A stretch of DNA of 63,773 nt, the filler included, from Folioceros fuciformis (taxonomy: Eukaryota), in NCBI GenBank assembly GCA_049999805.1. It is 13 parts of 13 records of this genome, joined end to end, with 100 filler letters (N's around TTAATTAATTAA, not from the genome) between each part and the next. Parts side by side here need not be neighbours in the genome. Positions count along the whole stretch, not along the records: positions 47,399 to 52,233 come from JBNGIO010003005.1; positions 52,334 to 56,010 come from JBNGIO010003006.1; positions 56,111 to 59,242 come from JBNGIO010003007.1; positions 59,343 to 61,196 come from JBNGIO010003010.1; positions 61,297 to 62,444 come from JBNGIO010003022.1; positions 62,545 to 63,773 come from JBNGIO010003023.1; 7 more parts are not named here. One strand, 5' to 3'. The notes under the pieces were generated by a model. That model made no database searches. It was not told the origin of the DNA and saw nothing but the letters and a program-made list of their open reading frames with translations. This document shows, in pieces, positions 50,701 to 63,505 of the stretch; position 1 is the first letter of the stretch; the number at the start of each line of letters is the position of its first letter. The translations under genes and the position numbers were made by a program.

Positions 50701-51039
50701 TTAGATAATTTTCTTTTCTCTAGATGATATTGAAAATCTAGATTTGATACAGAGGGTATTCTCTGTTTGTATTCTGGGTAGTCATGTCTATTTGGATGTA
50801 GTGAAAAATATGGAGTCATCTTGTGACTCTGGTTCTTTGAGTTTCTATCATCCTGATAATTAATCATGACTACCCAGATGCATTATTAAATTTTGCTGCT
50901 CTGATACCATGACAAATTCTAATAATGCATTCATTATTTATTTGATTTATATTGTTTATAAAATAATCAATCTATTGTTTGATATATACATCTACATATC
51001 TATATATGTTCCATCTGTAATTATTATTATCTAATGACA
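47755..51039 (-). mobile_element. Ty1/copia family I: 130-bp LTR, PBS, 1-kb leader, gag, PR, INT
   Basis: LTR 50910-51039 (TG..CA); PBS 50898-50909; DRFNGTKYPVW, CHYCGIAGHWTRAC, WYLDSGATSH, LWHVRLGH, LVHADISG. Confidence 0.92.
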
Positions 51040-52333
51040 AGTGTGCCACGACTTAAATACAAAACTAGGCTATATGCCGAAAAGACACACCTCTTGGCTT
51101 AACCCAGCGAGTTAGGGTTTATCCAAAATGCTCTCACACCTCTCCGTCGGTTACAACCTTGTAGCCGATGTTTTTCCTGGAAGCGAAGACGTGATTACCA
51201 AACGCGGTAGCTGCTTATCAAGACGGCCACGGGATCGTGATCGTCTGGACAGGACGACATCAAATGCTGGTGATGGTGTGAGCAGCTGGTCTGCTGATTT
51301 TGGCGAGGACGGTAAGGAGCGGTCTGCCTTTCAATTGGAAGGCAAACAGGAGGGCCTTGGGATTGCTTCTAATAGGGTGGAGCAGTGGGAGCCTGCCTCC
51401 AAACAGGACAGCTCCTCCTTTGCTCAAGCTTCGGCCCACCGCCCCACCGATGAAGCGGCTGGTTTACTGTTGGCTAGAATGCTTGGAGGTGCTCCACACA
51501 CCTCCTCCAAGAGGGGAAGACACATGGAAGGAAGTCACGTGGAGGTTCCTGAATCCAAGGGCAGAAGAAGGCGAGGTTCGCAACGGGGTGGTGGGGCAGA
51601 TGGTGGAAAACCGGGATCGAGTCGGATCCACGTCTCGTGCCTGGAATTGAAGGGATCCCATGGACCGGCGGGGGGAGGAACTCCTGAGGGTGGCGGCCGT
51701 GCTGAGCTGTCCTATGGCTGCGGTGAGACGGAACGACCCTTGGGATGCAATCCCAATGGCAAGAGTGTAGAGGAACCACAGAAAGTGCTCTAGCCGAAAG
51801 CTCTGTGGTCCCCATCCCGCCATAGGGCGATAATCGGTGCTTGTGCATCTGCTTCAGGCCGACCAGATTGTAGAATGGGCAAGTCTACTACGTTGGGTGA
51901 CAAGGAGGTCACCATGAAGACTGTGGGTCAGCCACAGGAGCGTTGGTGTGATCGTTCAAATAAAGCAGGTGAACTGCAGGAGGACAGACCGGCCGACGTT
52001 TTGCTGGAGTACACAGTCCCAAGCTGCTTGGTTGGCAAAGATGGTAGATTTCTTAAAGAGGCAAGTCGGTGCAGCAATGGAGGGGCCCTCCTAACCGCAG
52101 GAGGCTCTGAGGCACCTACTGGTGCTCGGGGTCTGGAGGTTGATTACTCGTCTCGGAAGAGAATGGAGAAGGGAGAGCAACATGAATGTTAAGCATGATT
52201 AACGTTGATATTAATTAGTGCTAATCCAGCTTANNNNNNNNNNNNNNNNNNNNNNNNNNNNNNNNNNNNNNNNNNNNTTAATTAATTAANNNNNNNNNNN
52301 NNNNNNNNNNNNNNNNNNNNNNNNNNNNNNNNN

Positions 52334-52645
52334 GAGTGAGTGAGTGAGGGAAGTCGTAGATCTAAGAGGTCAGGGTCGTTGTAGTGACTTGAGTGAGATT
52401 GTGGGCACAAAGAGAGGTGCAGCTGACCGCTGGACAGCGAGGCCTGTCCTACGCCTGATCGGAGCTGGAGGAGAGCCCTCAAATCCTTCATCAAGTCGAT
52501 TGAGTCCGACCCTCCATCCACAGCAGCAAGGAACCCCATCGCTCCTTCGTGGGAACGGAACCCAATGTCTCAACGACAGTGGGATAAGTGTGGCCACTAA
52601 AGGTGGAACCCGTCGGCAATTAGTGCCCGGGGTTTTGCCTCCACA
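52334..52645 (-). mobile_element. Family H LTR-like terminus inserted in family B RT
   Basis: TGTGGAGGCAAAACC begins directly after the codons for KQQQGID. Confidence 0.75.
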
Positions 52646-55400
52646 TCAATACCTTGCTGTTGCTTAAAACCCTTAGCAACCAATCGTGCCTTGTACTTGG
52701 GTTTGCCATAATGGGGTATGTCCTTCATCTTATACACCCATTTGCATGGCAACGCCTTCTTGCCCCTAGGCAACCGAACCAACTCCCAAGTTTGGTTCTT
52801 ATGGAGCGAATCCATCTGCGACTGCATCGCCTTCTCCCACTTGTCCTTGTCAGTTATAAACATGGCCTCTTGGTAACAAGAGGGCTCCCCACAATCCGTC
52901 AGCATGACATAATCAAGAGATGCAACACACCTATCATGAGGACGTGAAATCCTTCCTGCAGGAACCTACGAAGCACAGGCGCCTCGACCGGAGCTGGTTG
53001 CACTCTCTCTTCTTCTACAAGTACAGGAACTGGTTCCTGCACATCACGACGTTTAACCTGTGCAGGACGGTGGAGTCCATCTTCTTGGAAGACCACCTGT
53101 CGCACCTCCACAATTGCAATAGGCTTCTTGTGCATCTTGGTCTCATCGCAGAACACGTCATTGCTATGAATAACCCTCTTGGCCTCTAGATCCCATAGAC
53201 GGTATCCCATCTCACGAGATTCACCATAGCCAAGAAAAATACATATTCTTGACTTGGGAGCCAACTTGTCCCGAAACTCCTTTGGAACATGGTAGTATGC
53301 CTCGTAGCCAAACACTCGTAGATGCTTGTATGAAGGCTTCTTTTCAGACCACATCTCCTCTGGAACCTGCTCATCCACAGCCTTATTAGGAGATCTGTTA
53401 ATAAGATGCACTGCAGTAGCAACTGCTTCTGCCCAAAATCTGTTACGCAATCCAGAGTTTGATAACAAACTACGCATCCTCTCCTGGATGGTCCTGTTCA
53501 TCCTTCAGCCACACCATTCTGGGGAGGAGTATACGGGGCAGTCAATTCTCTCTTGATTCCCTTGGAATCACAGAATGATTGGAAAGCCTTCGAAACATAC
53601 TCTCCTACATTGTCTGTCCTTAGACACTTCAGTCGGAGGCCACACTGATTCTCCACAAGGGTGACAAATTTCCGAAACACTGTTAGAACATCATCCTTTT
53701 CCCTCAAAGGATAAACCCACACCTTGCGTGAGAAATCATCTATGAAAGTGACAAAATAGGATGCACCGCCTAATGATATAGTGGGCACATGTCCACACAC
53801 GTCACTGTGAACCAATTCAACAGGTTTCTTTTTGTGTTTACCTCTTGTTCCATGTGGTGACTTCGTCTGTTTCCCATATAAATAGTACTCGCACACGGAG
53901 AAATTGGAGAAGTCAAAAGCAGGGACGTAACCAAAACGAGATAGGATCTTCATTCCTTTTTGAGACATATGTCCTAACTAACAATGCCACAAGGAAACAC
54001 TTGGTTGTTCCATTACTCAAATCACATGATCCTTGATAGTGGTTACCTGAAGTGAGTACAAAATGCCACACTTCGATCCATGAGCTAACACAAAAGAACC
54101 TTTGGAGATCTTCCAAGAATGATCCCCAAACCAATAGTGGTACCCAGTGTCATCCAACTGCCCTGCGCTAATCATACTTTTTGTCAACTTCGGAACATGC
54201 CTAACATCCTTCAGTATGAATGAAGATCCGTTGTCGAACTTTAGCTGCACATCATCAACGCCTGCAATCTTGCATGCGTAGTTATTTCCAAGCCGAACAC
54301 ATCCTTTCCTAGTAGCATCATAGTTGCTAAACCACTCCCTATGCGGAGTAACATGGAAAGACGCTCCAGAGTCAATTATCCAATTAGAGAATAAATGACT
54401 ATCCACGGCTGTCAATTGTGCAAAATCAAAGGAAGACAAGATAAGAACATCTCCATCGTCAACAGAATTCACCTCGCCAGGCTTGATACTCGGACTTACC
54501 TTGTTGTTGCTCTGCTTCTTCTCCTTTCCTTTGTCCTTCTTGAACTTCTCGCAGTCCCTTCTGATGTGACCCTTTTTATAACAATGGTAACACTCAACAT
54601 TGTTACGACTACGAGATTTGCTACGGGAAAGACTTCGCTCCTTGTACTTCCCCTTTGAAGTGGACCTTCCTCTCACCCTTGGACCCTTTCGAAGGTTCCA
54701 TATTCTTTTCATGTTCACCTCTTCTGTTAGCAGGCTTCCTTCTCCATTTACAATGGTAAGGCCACTGGCAGGAGCGGAATTACTCAGAGCTGCACGAAAA
54801 GTGTTCCAACTTTCTGCTAATGTGACCAACAAAAACATAGCTCTCATGGAATCTGGGGACGAGATACCTTGAGTTGAGAGCTGGCTGAAAATGGTATTGA
54901 ACTCATTCAAATGATAGGACATCCTCCTCCCTTCCTTCATCTTCAAGTCCACCAGCTGTTTCAACCAGTACACCTGAGAAGCCGCACCTTGCTTCTCATA
55001 CAGGTCACACAACTTCTATCATAGCTCCTACCTTCTGGTCTTGTCTTTCACATTGAAGTAGACCGACTTCGACAATGTTAGCATGATGGTAGACCTAACA
55101 AGCTCATCTAGATCTTGCCACTCATCCTGAGTCATGCTAACAGGTTTCACTCCTAGCAACTTTATGGGCTTGCTCTACTTCTTCTGCACTAGAACATTAT
55201 ACACTTGTTCTTTCCAGAACGGAAGTTAGTACCATCTAACTTCTCGATATTGAATATGACATTTTTTGAGGACGTCATGATTCAAAATTGATACAAATCA
55301 AGCAAAAGGCTAGTTAGAAACTATCGAAATGTAATGTAGATTCTTAAAGTTACCCTCACAACTCATTCCGAATCGGCTGTCCACAATTCAGGCCTCAATC
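52646..55400 (-). mobile_element. Family B: gag, PR, INT, RT start
   Basis: IEKLDGTNF near 55250, CYHCYKKGHIRRDC, WIIDSGASFH, FIDDFSRK, PCKWVYK. Confidence 0.93.
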
Positions 55401-56495
55401 GCTCATAACTAGAGTGCCCCGACCTCCAATCCAAATTTGGCTGCCTCGCGGCCAAGATCTTGGCTGCCCCACATCTGCGTCGCCCGTGCCCAGCACCTGT
55501 GGTCGCGTCGCCCACACTTGCGTTTCTTTGCGTCACCCGCTCCTCGACTACCGCGGCGCCACAGCGCCCACTCCTGGCGGCCGAATTTGATGCCCGCCGG
55601 CGCCGCTGGCATCCTGGCTCCTACGACCGAGCCGGGCTAGCGCCCTGGCACCCTGGCGCCCCCGCGGGCTGGGCTCCCGGGAGGTTAGCACCCCGGGGTG
55701 GCGTCCCTAGCTGGCCTGGGTGCCCACGGCCTGGGAGGCCCGCAGCGTGGGTGCCCCTGGCGCCCCGCCCGGGGCCTGGCAGTGCCCTTAGGGCAAGGGG
55801 CTCGAGGGGGCCTGACTGCCGGGGGGTTGGCGCTGGCCCGAGCTGGCGCCTGCAGGCTGAGAGCCTGGTGCCCCAGTTACCCGATGGCCCGGGGCTTGGC
55901 TGCCTTGCAGTGCCTCTGCTCCTATGGCGCCTGTGTGTCCGCAGCACCTATGGCACCTATGGCACCATAGGACTGCAACGACAATAGGGGAATGTGTGGC
56001 CCCTTGGGTGNNNNNNNNNNNNNNNNNNNNNNNNNNNNNNNNNNNNNNNNNNNNTTAATTAATTAANNNNNNNNNNNNNNNNNNNNNNNNNNNNNNNNNN
56101 NNNNNNNNNNTGTGGCCCCTTGGTGGTTCTTGGGTGTGCAAGAAATCACTCCACAGCAGTCAAGCGCTCTTAATTGGGAGCGGCATCAAGTCCAAGAAAG
56201 CATCTTCAGCAGATCTTAACTAAATATTATTTTAAGACGCAATGAATTCTGGCCTATCTTATCACCGTGCTTGTCTCCTATCTGTCCTTCACGTTCTCCT
56301 TCCTCGGCCACCAAATCTCTGAGCTCTCCTCTCTCTTCGCTAGTCAGTTAGATCCTCTCATAAAACCTCCGCCTCACTCTCACTGTCGCCTAACTTCTCC
56401 TGTTGAGGCGTAGGTGGGGTCTGCTGGGGGGTCCTTCCCCTTCCTTCCGGTCGTCTGTTGCTAAGGACTATTACAGGTTCTTGCTCCATCCAGGC

Positions 56496-59110
56496 CTACA
56501 CTTCCTCTTCTGTGAGTTCCTCCAGGACCACCTCTGAGTAATAGGGAGTCAGCCCCCATACCCGGAAGCAATGGGAGAAGCATCCCCTGCGGATCCTCAA
56601 TTGCAAGTAATAGGCCCTGGTCCCTCCTATTTCCACACGCACATGGAAATTAAGGTTAAGTACACGGTCCCCATTCACATAGAGGCTAGGAATATAAGAT
56701 TCCTCATCCAAGTGCTGTAATACAATCTGGCCTTCTACTATAGATGAGGTGCTTACCCCCTCTCCTGTGGGCTACCCTTGATTGTCTGTCTTATGCTTTC
56801 TAAGGGTGCTGGGGAGTCCTCTGTCCCTCTGGCTGCCGTTGTCCCTAGTCCAGCCCTCCTAGTACGGGTGGTCATCCCAACCACCCTAGTTGTGGGTTCT
56901 GCGACTGTTGCTGCTTCCTTAACCTCAATGGGGCTTTCCTCTATTGGCGTGGTTTCTCTCTAACCGATAGCGGCTTCCGCTACCTCGATCGTGGACCTGC
57001 TGCTCCGTTTGACCTTCCCTTTCCCCTTGACTTGGCTTCAGGCCTCATCCTGTTCCCATTTGTCACGGTCCACGAGCTTCTGGACCTTCTCCACTGCAGC
57101 TGTTTCCTGCTCCTGCGCCCTCATCAGTTCTTGTTGCATTTCCTAATTCGCTTCATGGACTTCCTTGACTTGAGTCAGGAGCAGTTCCTGCTGATTCTTC
57201 ATCGCCTGTACTTCTTCCCGAGCCCGGCGTACTTCCTCCTGTGCTTGCGCCTTCATTGCACTCAGGGCCTATCGGTCTTCCTCCAGTTGTTCTTGCCTTG
57301 CTTCTGCTTCAGATAGCTTGGCCTGCACCTCCTCTTCTCGCTGTCCGTGCATACTCAACCAGCTGAGCACCAGTGCAGCCTGATCCAATATATCCGCTTG
57401 CGCACGGACCATGGTCCTGTCAGGCTCGGCAAATCCACTTGTTGAGGGGCACCTCCCGTAGCCATTCCTGTGTCCAGAATCCCCTTTCCCAACAGGGTGT
57501 GCACCCTTGCCAATTTAGATTCGCCACCAAAGAGGTGCCCTTAAGGATCTCTTCCCATCATGGAAATAGTTCTGCCACCAGAGTCAGCCCTAATTTCCTT
57601 GCCACCTCAACAAGTTTTTCCTCCTCGGTTTGCGTCGGCTCATCAGGTTCGGTTGAGGAAGTGGTCGACTGCCTGGCTCCTGTTTTCCTGGCATACTCCT
57701 GTAGCGCCAGATTCGCTGTGGATTTGGTGATGCGCGTGCTCACTTTCTTCCTCTTCGCGGGAGTCTTCCTCTTGGCTCCCGCTTTCCGTTTTCTGCTGGC
57801 CGGAACCTCTTCTTCAGAGCTTCCTGTTGCCCCAGATTCCCAAATGCTGGACTTTGCCTCCTCCTTGGGCTCCTTTGGCTTCCACTTGATCTCTTTGACA
57901 GGCTTCCACATATGCAAAGAAGCCACAATATCTAGCTCTGGTAGACTGTTAGCATGAGAATACAAGTGAACTAAAAAGGGTGAAATCAAGGACGGTCGGG
58001 GGGTGGGAGAGGTCAGGTTCTGCTTCTCTTCATTCAGCCGATTGAAAATGATTTTTCCCCAGTCGATCTTGCTTCCCTTGACGACCTCATGTAGGAGCAG
58101 CAGCATGTGATCCGACAAATAGTCCTACTTCCTGTGCTGCAAAAAACGCAAGAGCCATTTGGCCAGACCCATGAGCTGAGCGGACGCCATCTCCTGTGCT
58201 AGCCAGCCATTGGCCTCCCTTCCTATTCCTGACTTAAACAGGGCTACTGCCGCTACCATTGTGCTACGCTTCTTCAAAGACTCGATCACGAGTCCGCCAG
58301 CCTCTTCCTGGCTATGCCCATACACCGTCCTGACCAACTCCACAACCCAGTCCTGGGGTCTTCCCCTGGCGCCTTCCACTCGCATCCTGCCTTGCAGCTG
58401 TTGTGCGCACTCCTATACTAGGATGGGGGTCATGTGGTTCCACCGTTTCGCCATGAACCCGAGTCCTAACTCTTTCACCAGCCCTCCTGCCCGGGCCTTC
58501 CAATGGTCCATGTTGGGCCAAAGCGCTACCTCAACTTGTGGCAAGTACCCTGGTGCGGCGTCCCTACACAATTCCACCGGCGTTAGATCACTAGTTGTTC
58601 CCTCCATCCTCTTCTGCTCCGAGGTCCACCTGGGCGCCGCCACCACTCCTAGTACCACACCGCCTCGCACTTCCCTGAGCTTGCCATGGAAATCACTACG
58701 CTCACGCTCCCCTTCTGTTCGCTGCGTTTGCCTGTACGCTGCTCCTTGTCTGCCGAGTTCGCTCCTCGACGCCGCTTTCGCTGTGGTTGCACTCCACTTT
58801 GAAAGTACCCTTGCTACCACACCGCCTCGCACTTCCTTGAGCTTGCCAGGGAAATCGCTACGCTCACGCTCTCCTTCTGTTCGCTGCGTCTGCCTGTACG
58901 CTGCGCCTTGTCCACCGAGTTCACTCCCCGACGTCGCCTCCGCTATTGTTGCACTCCACTTTGAAAGTACCCCTGAACACTTGGGTCCCTACTTAGGGTT
59001 TCCATTCGTCTTCGACGCTCTGGTTTCCACAACCACTCCGGGATCTTCACTACCTGTTGCCCCTTCCACGACGATTGCCCATCTTCCACAACCATCGCCG
59101 GGTCTCATCT
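56496..59110 (-). pseudogene. Decayed accessory ORF (family X), about 850 codons: conserved core, basic patch, coiled coil
   Basis: Consecutive frames broken by stops: RGRPQDW..VY..NGW..IDWGKIIF..ISPFLVHLY, KRKAGAKRK, E/Q-rich coiled coil; TATA-like TATATAAGG near 59190. Confidence 0.65.
58653..58972. repeat. 162-bp in-frame tandem duplication
   Basis: taccacaccgcctcgcac...gaaagtaccc at 58653 and 58815. Confidence 0.9.
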
Positions 59111-59450
59111 ACATTTCTTCTCAACCTAAGTACACAGTTCTTCCCCCGAGCTAATCACTCCTAGCTCTATAGATATGGGGAGGCCCTCCTTATATAGGCT
59201 TTTTTGGACTTGTTCAAAGGTCGAAGGCCAAGGAACAAGTAGNNNNNNNNNNNNNNNNNNNNNNNNNNNNNNNNNNNNNNNNNNNNTTAATTAATTAANN
59301 NNNNNNNNNNNNNNNNNNNNNNNNNNNNNNNNNNNNNNNNNNTCGTGACAACTAATGGCGGCAACTGAAGTGCCTCCACGAGGAAACGCGGTGCTAGCTG
59401 GAGCTCGTGTGAGTAGTCCTTCAGTCCTTTATTTTTAACCATCGCAGGTT

Positions 59451-59817
59451 AAGAGGGAGTGTTAGGATTAGTCAGTAACTAATCAATTTAACCTGCTTAG
59501 GTTAGAAATAACCAAGGGTCACACCCTTTCGGGTTACTCAACAAACAAAGTACTTTATACAAGTTGCCTAAAACTTTTTATTATTACAACAACAGCATTG
59601 TTTTGCTTTGTCTGTCCAAGCCTTCCGCTGATAAACAAACATCGCCCTCACACGCCCGACTTAGGGTTCCACACACGCCGGCACCCCTCTCCACGGGCAC
59701 ACCCCACCCACTACTTCGCGTTTTCCACGGCCACGGGTTAGCTAGATGATTGTTGACTTTCTGAACTGCACCACCAATATCCCCTGATCAGCCTATCTAA
59801 TATAGTCCTATCTAACA
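59451..59817 (+). mobile_element. PPT and 358-bp 3' LTR
   Basis: AAGAGGGAG then TGTTAG(59460)...CTAACA(59817). Confidence 0.75.
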
Positions 59818-59904
59818 TAATTTCCTAATTGTCTTTCCAAGGAATTCTATCAAAACTCCAAAAAAAAAAAAATACTACCAATTTTCTAAGAGACCTATCT
59901 ACCA

Positions 59905-61101
59905 TATGGACTCCACAACATGCCTAGCGATTCAGGTAGCCCTCATGCGTATTCGCCAGATAGGGTATTTAGTACCGTTAAAGCGGTCCTTTTCTTTAAA
60001 AACTGAAGTATAGGTTGCTTTAGGTGGTATTATGCTTGTCATACTTACTGACGCTATTGGGTTCAAAGACAAGGTTTGCAAACTATGTATAACAGAATCC
60101 AACGTATTTACCAAACCAATGGTCATAAATAACTCGAGACGGGTATTTGCAGGAACTATGTATCTACCTACAAAGGTAAGTAGGTTATGTAGATCTAATT
60201 CTTTTAGGTGACTATCAAGGGAAGATTCGAGAACAGTCAGGTAAGGTTGATGTTCAAAGGAACTTCAGTCTTATCTTTCTAGGTCTATTATCGAATTTCT
60301 CTCTTAAGGATTCACCGCATACGTGTAAGGCAATTTTAAAACAGGGTGTCATTTCGTGAAGAAACCCTAACTTCCTTCCGTTTTGTGCAGGACATTGAAA
60401 AGAATTGGTTAGGTGGACCAATGAAAAAAAAATCGACACAACAGACTGAAGGGACAAAAAAACCTTTGTGTCACTTCAAATCTGACTTGCCAAAGATGCT
60501 CTCGTTGTCTACATCGCCATGTTCTACTTGAGCCGTCTGCATGGTCAGATCCTGTAATTGTATTAGAATCTCGTTTAAATTGCCTCGAATTTTGCAAGAT
60601 TCAACATGTATTAATTTTTCCACACAATTCTTGATATCTTGTATTCTGTTTTGAGTAATAGCAATTTGAGATATCAATTGTGATTGAAATTTTTGAATTC
60701 GTTTTAATTGTATAAACAGCGCTGAAATTTCGACCACCAGTTGTCCTCTATTGTGTGCGAGGTGATTGATAAATTCCTCCAGAATCAGATAATCTATCAT
60801 AGGTCTCCGGCCTAATACATTGCATACGGCTGGGCGATGCCTTCTATTATTGTTGGGGTTTTCTTATCCCTTTCTTATAGTATTTTCCTTTGTCTAGATG
60901 GTTCAGAAAATCTAGATTTGATACAAAGGGTATTCTTTGATTGTATTCTGGGTAGTCATGTCTATCTAGATGTACTAAAAAATATGGTGTCATTTTGTGA
61001 CTCTGATTCTTTCAGTTTCTATCATTCTGATGATCATACGTGACTACCTAGAGGCATTATTAAATTTTGCTGCTCTGTTACCATGACAAATTCTAATAAT
61101 G
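59905..61101 (-). mobile_element. Second, diverged family I copy: LTR stub, PBS, leader, gag start
   Basis: Collinear with about 49740-50927; PBS TGGTAACAGAGC; KEKDRFNGTKYPIW. Confidence 0.9.
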
Positions 61102-61296
61102 AAAGAACGTGTCGCTTAGAACGGTCACGATGGTATGAAACGTTGTGATGTTTCATACCTTGAATATTTTGCCTATTTAAATTCTAAACTAAGGCTNNNN
61201 NNNNNNNNNNNNNNNNNNNNNNNNNNNNNNNNNNNNNNNNTTAATTAATTAANNNNNNNNNNNNNNNNNNNNNNNNNNNNNNNNNNNNNNNNNNNN

Positions 61297-62444
61297 TGTG
61301 GACTCCACATGCTGAACAGACCCCTGGGAAATGATAGGTTTTCCTTTTTTTTGGATTATTTTCCTTTTTTTTTGGATTTGTGAGTGAGTGTTGTAGAGGA
61401 GAGGTTGGAAGGTTAGGTTAGAATAGTAGCTAGATTGATGGTGAGTCGATAGGGTAGGTAGGTTGTGTGGTAGATAGGACACGGGCTCTGGTTCCTCGGG
61501 GTAAGGTAACGGAGGAACAGGAAACCTGGGACGTCGTGGAAAGCGAGCTAGGGGTCCTCTAGATGTTGCTGGTGGAAGTTGGGGATAGAGATGGAGGTGT
61601 CGGGACGCTGCCCTGGTGCATCGGGTGGATAGGGATCACCAGAGCACAGGTGGCCAAATTAGCAGACTGGCGGGATCAGGGCGGTGGCCTAGATCTGGCC
61701 GGATTCAGAAGGCAGGAGCCAGGTTGCGGCCTCTGGGCAAGCGGCCGGCAGTAGGCTGGCAGGAGGGTGGGCTGGCAGATCTAGCCGGCCAGGAGGCCAG
61801 ATCGACAAACAGTCCTAGGTGGATCAGCGGGGCGGCTTGGCGACGGATCCGAACTGGCAGACTAGGTAGTCGGTGGGCTAGGCTGCTTGGATCCAGGCTG
61901 GCCGGCTGCAGCAGCAGACCAGCCAGATGCAGGCAGGCAGCTGCTGCAAGCGGCAGCCCCGACCAGCGGTTGAATCCAGCAGGCAGCCAGGTCGAGTAGG
62001 TTGGCTGCCTGGTTGGATCTGGAGGCTAGAGGTCGGCTAGTGGCCTCTGGCCAGTTGGCCAAGCTGTAGGCGAGGAAAGCGGGCTGGATCGCGATCAGGG
62101 GCAGGGCACTTCGGCGGGCTGTGGTAGTGCCAGAGCCATGCAGCCAAGCGGCTGGCGAGTGGACGTCCAAGTGGGAGGGTGCCGAACCAGATTGGTAGCG
62201 GCAGCCGGATTTGGGATGTGGTCAGGCTTGGCAGGCGGGAGGCCGGGGTGGATCTAAGCCAGGCCGGTGCCTAGAGGAGGGCCGGGCCAGCAGTGGCCCG
62301 GCTACGGAGAGCAGGGGTTGCAGAGGAGCGCTTGCAAGGGCTGGGCAAGCAGCACGGACACCCGGCTACGGGGAGGCAGCCTAGCCTGGCTGCAGGTAGG
62401 CAACCTGGTAGCTGGCGGGTGGGTGACCTAGTAGGCACGGCGTC
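61297..62444. repeat. GC-rich LTR-like repeat similar in composition to 39463-40674
   Basis: Shared motif composition; no convincing ORF. Confidence 0.45.
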
Positions 62445-62636
62445 NNNNNNNNNNNNNNNNNNNNNNNNNNNNNNNNNNNNNNNNNNNNTTAATTAATTAA
62501 NNNNNNNNNNNNNNNNNNNNNNNNNNNNNNNNNNNNNNNNNNNNCAATGGTTATGTGGGGCGTGGAATAGTCAACCTTGGCAGATCCCAATGCACTCGAG
62601 AGCCTTGCAACGCAACCCCTGCACTGATTGGGGCCT

Positions 62637-62738
62637 GAGCAGCCAGCAGGCGGACCCCTCCTACGAGCAGCCAGCAGGCAGACCCCTCCTACGAGCAGCC
62701 AGCAGGCGGACCCCTCCTACGAGCAGCCAGCAGGCGGA
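62637..62738 (+). repeat. 28-bp minisatellite x3.6
   Basis: GAGCAGCCAGCAGGCGGACCCCTCCTAC repeated. Confidence 0.9.
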
Positions 62739-62857
62739 AGGTTTGAATACAGACGTGCTGCTCGCAGGCGGGGAGCCAGATGGTGGGATGTCACTTTCAA
62801 GTACGAGGCCCCTTAAGGGCACCAGACCAGCAATGTGGGGGCTGAACGAACCTGAAG

Positions 62858-63505
62858 GGGTGGAGGCTCTGAAGGGTTGCAGGATGCTATGAAGGGAAGG
62901 GATGGAATGATCTGAGAGAAGAAGGAGAGTGTTGAGAGGCACTAACCATTTTGGTAGTCTTGAGAGGTTGGTTAATTTTGGTAAGGGTTTAGGGCACCTA
63001 GTGGTATCCAAGGGACACAACCCCTATGAGGTCAGAGCTAGGTTTAGGTCAAAGTTAGGAGCGGCTTAGGATAGAGAGAGATTGTGGGCGGGTGACTAAG
63101 GCTAACCCTAGTAGACAGAGATGGAGGTTTGGGCCAAGGTAGTATAAGAGGCGAGACTTGTTATTAAGGAGGGGGGTCTACGGTGTGATTTTCCTTAACC
63201 TTGTGTGTAGACTCCCAGCCTAGAGGCTGAGCCGGTTGAGATTGAACCAAGGGCTTGATTCCCCTTGCCACTAGGGGGATGTGGTGGATCCTAAGGCTGC
63301 CGAGATCCGTGTGGCCAGATCTGCACTGGCTGAATATTTTGCAAGCTGGCTGAGGTGAAGTGACAGGGCCATGAGCTAGGATGGCTATCCAGTCCTAGTT
63401 TCCACACCCGTGCTTGAAGATTGCAAGAAGCGAGGCTGTTGTGTCCTAAATTCCAGGGGTGAGCTGAATCAAAGTGAGGAAGTGTTGGAGTGAAGTGACG
63501 TGAAC
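62858..63505 (-). mobile_element. Family J repeat copy
   Basis: Reverse complement aligns with about 34125-34880, lacking the 16-bp minisatellite expansion. Confidence 0.78.

Noticed and set aside
51128-52192. 221-aa and 105-aa ORFs as host genes
   Set aside because: Low-complexity Gly/Ser/Arg-rich sequence next to an LTR with no recognisable domain; left unassigned.
58210-59154. 314-aa plus-strand ORF
   Set aside because: Antisense shadow of the family X ORF and its 162-bp duplication.
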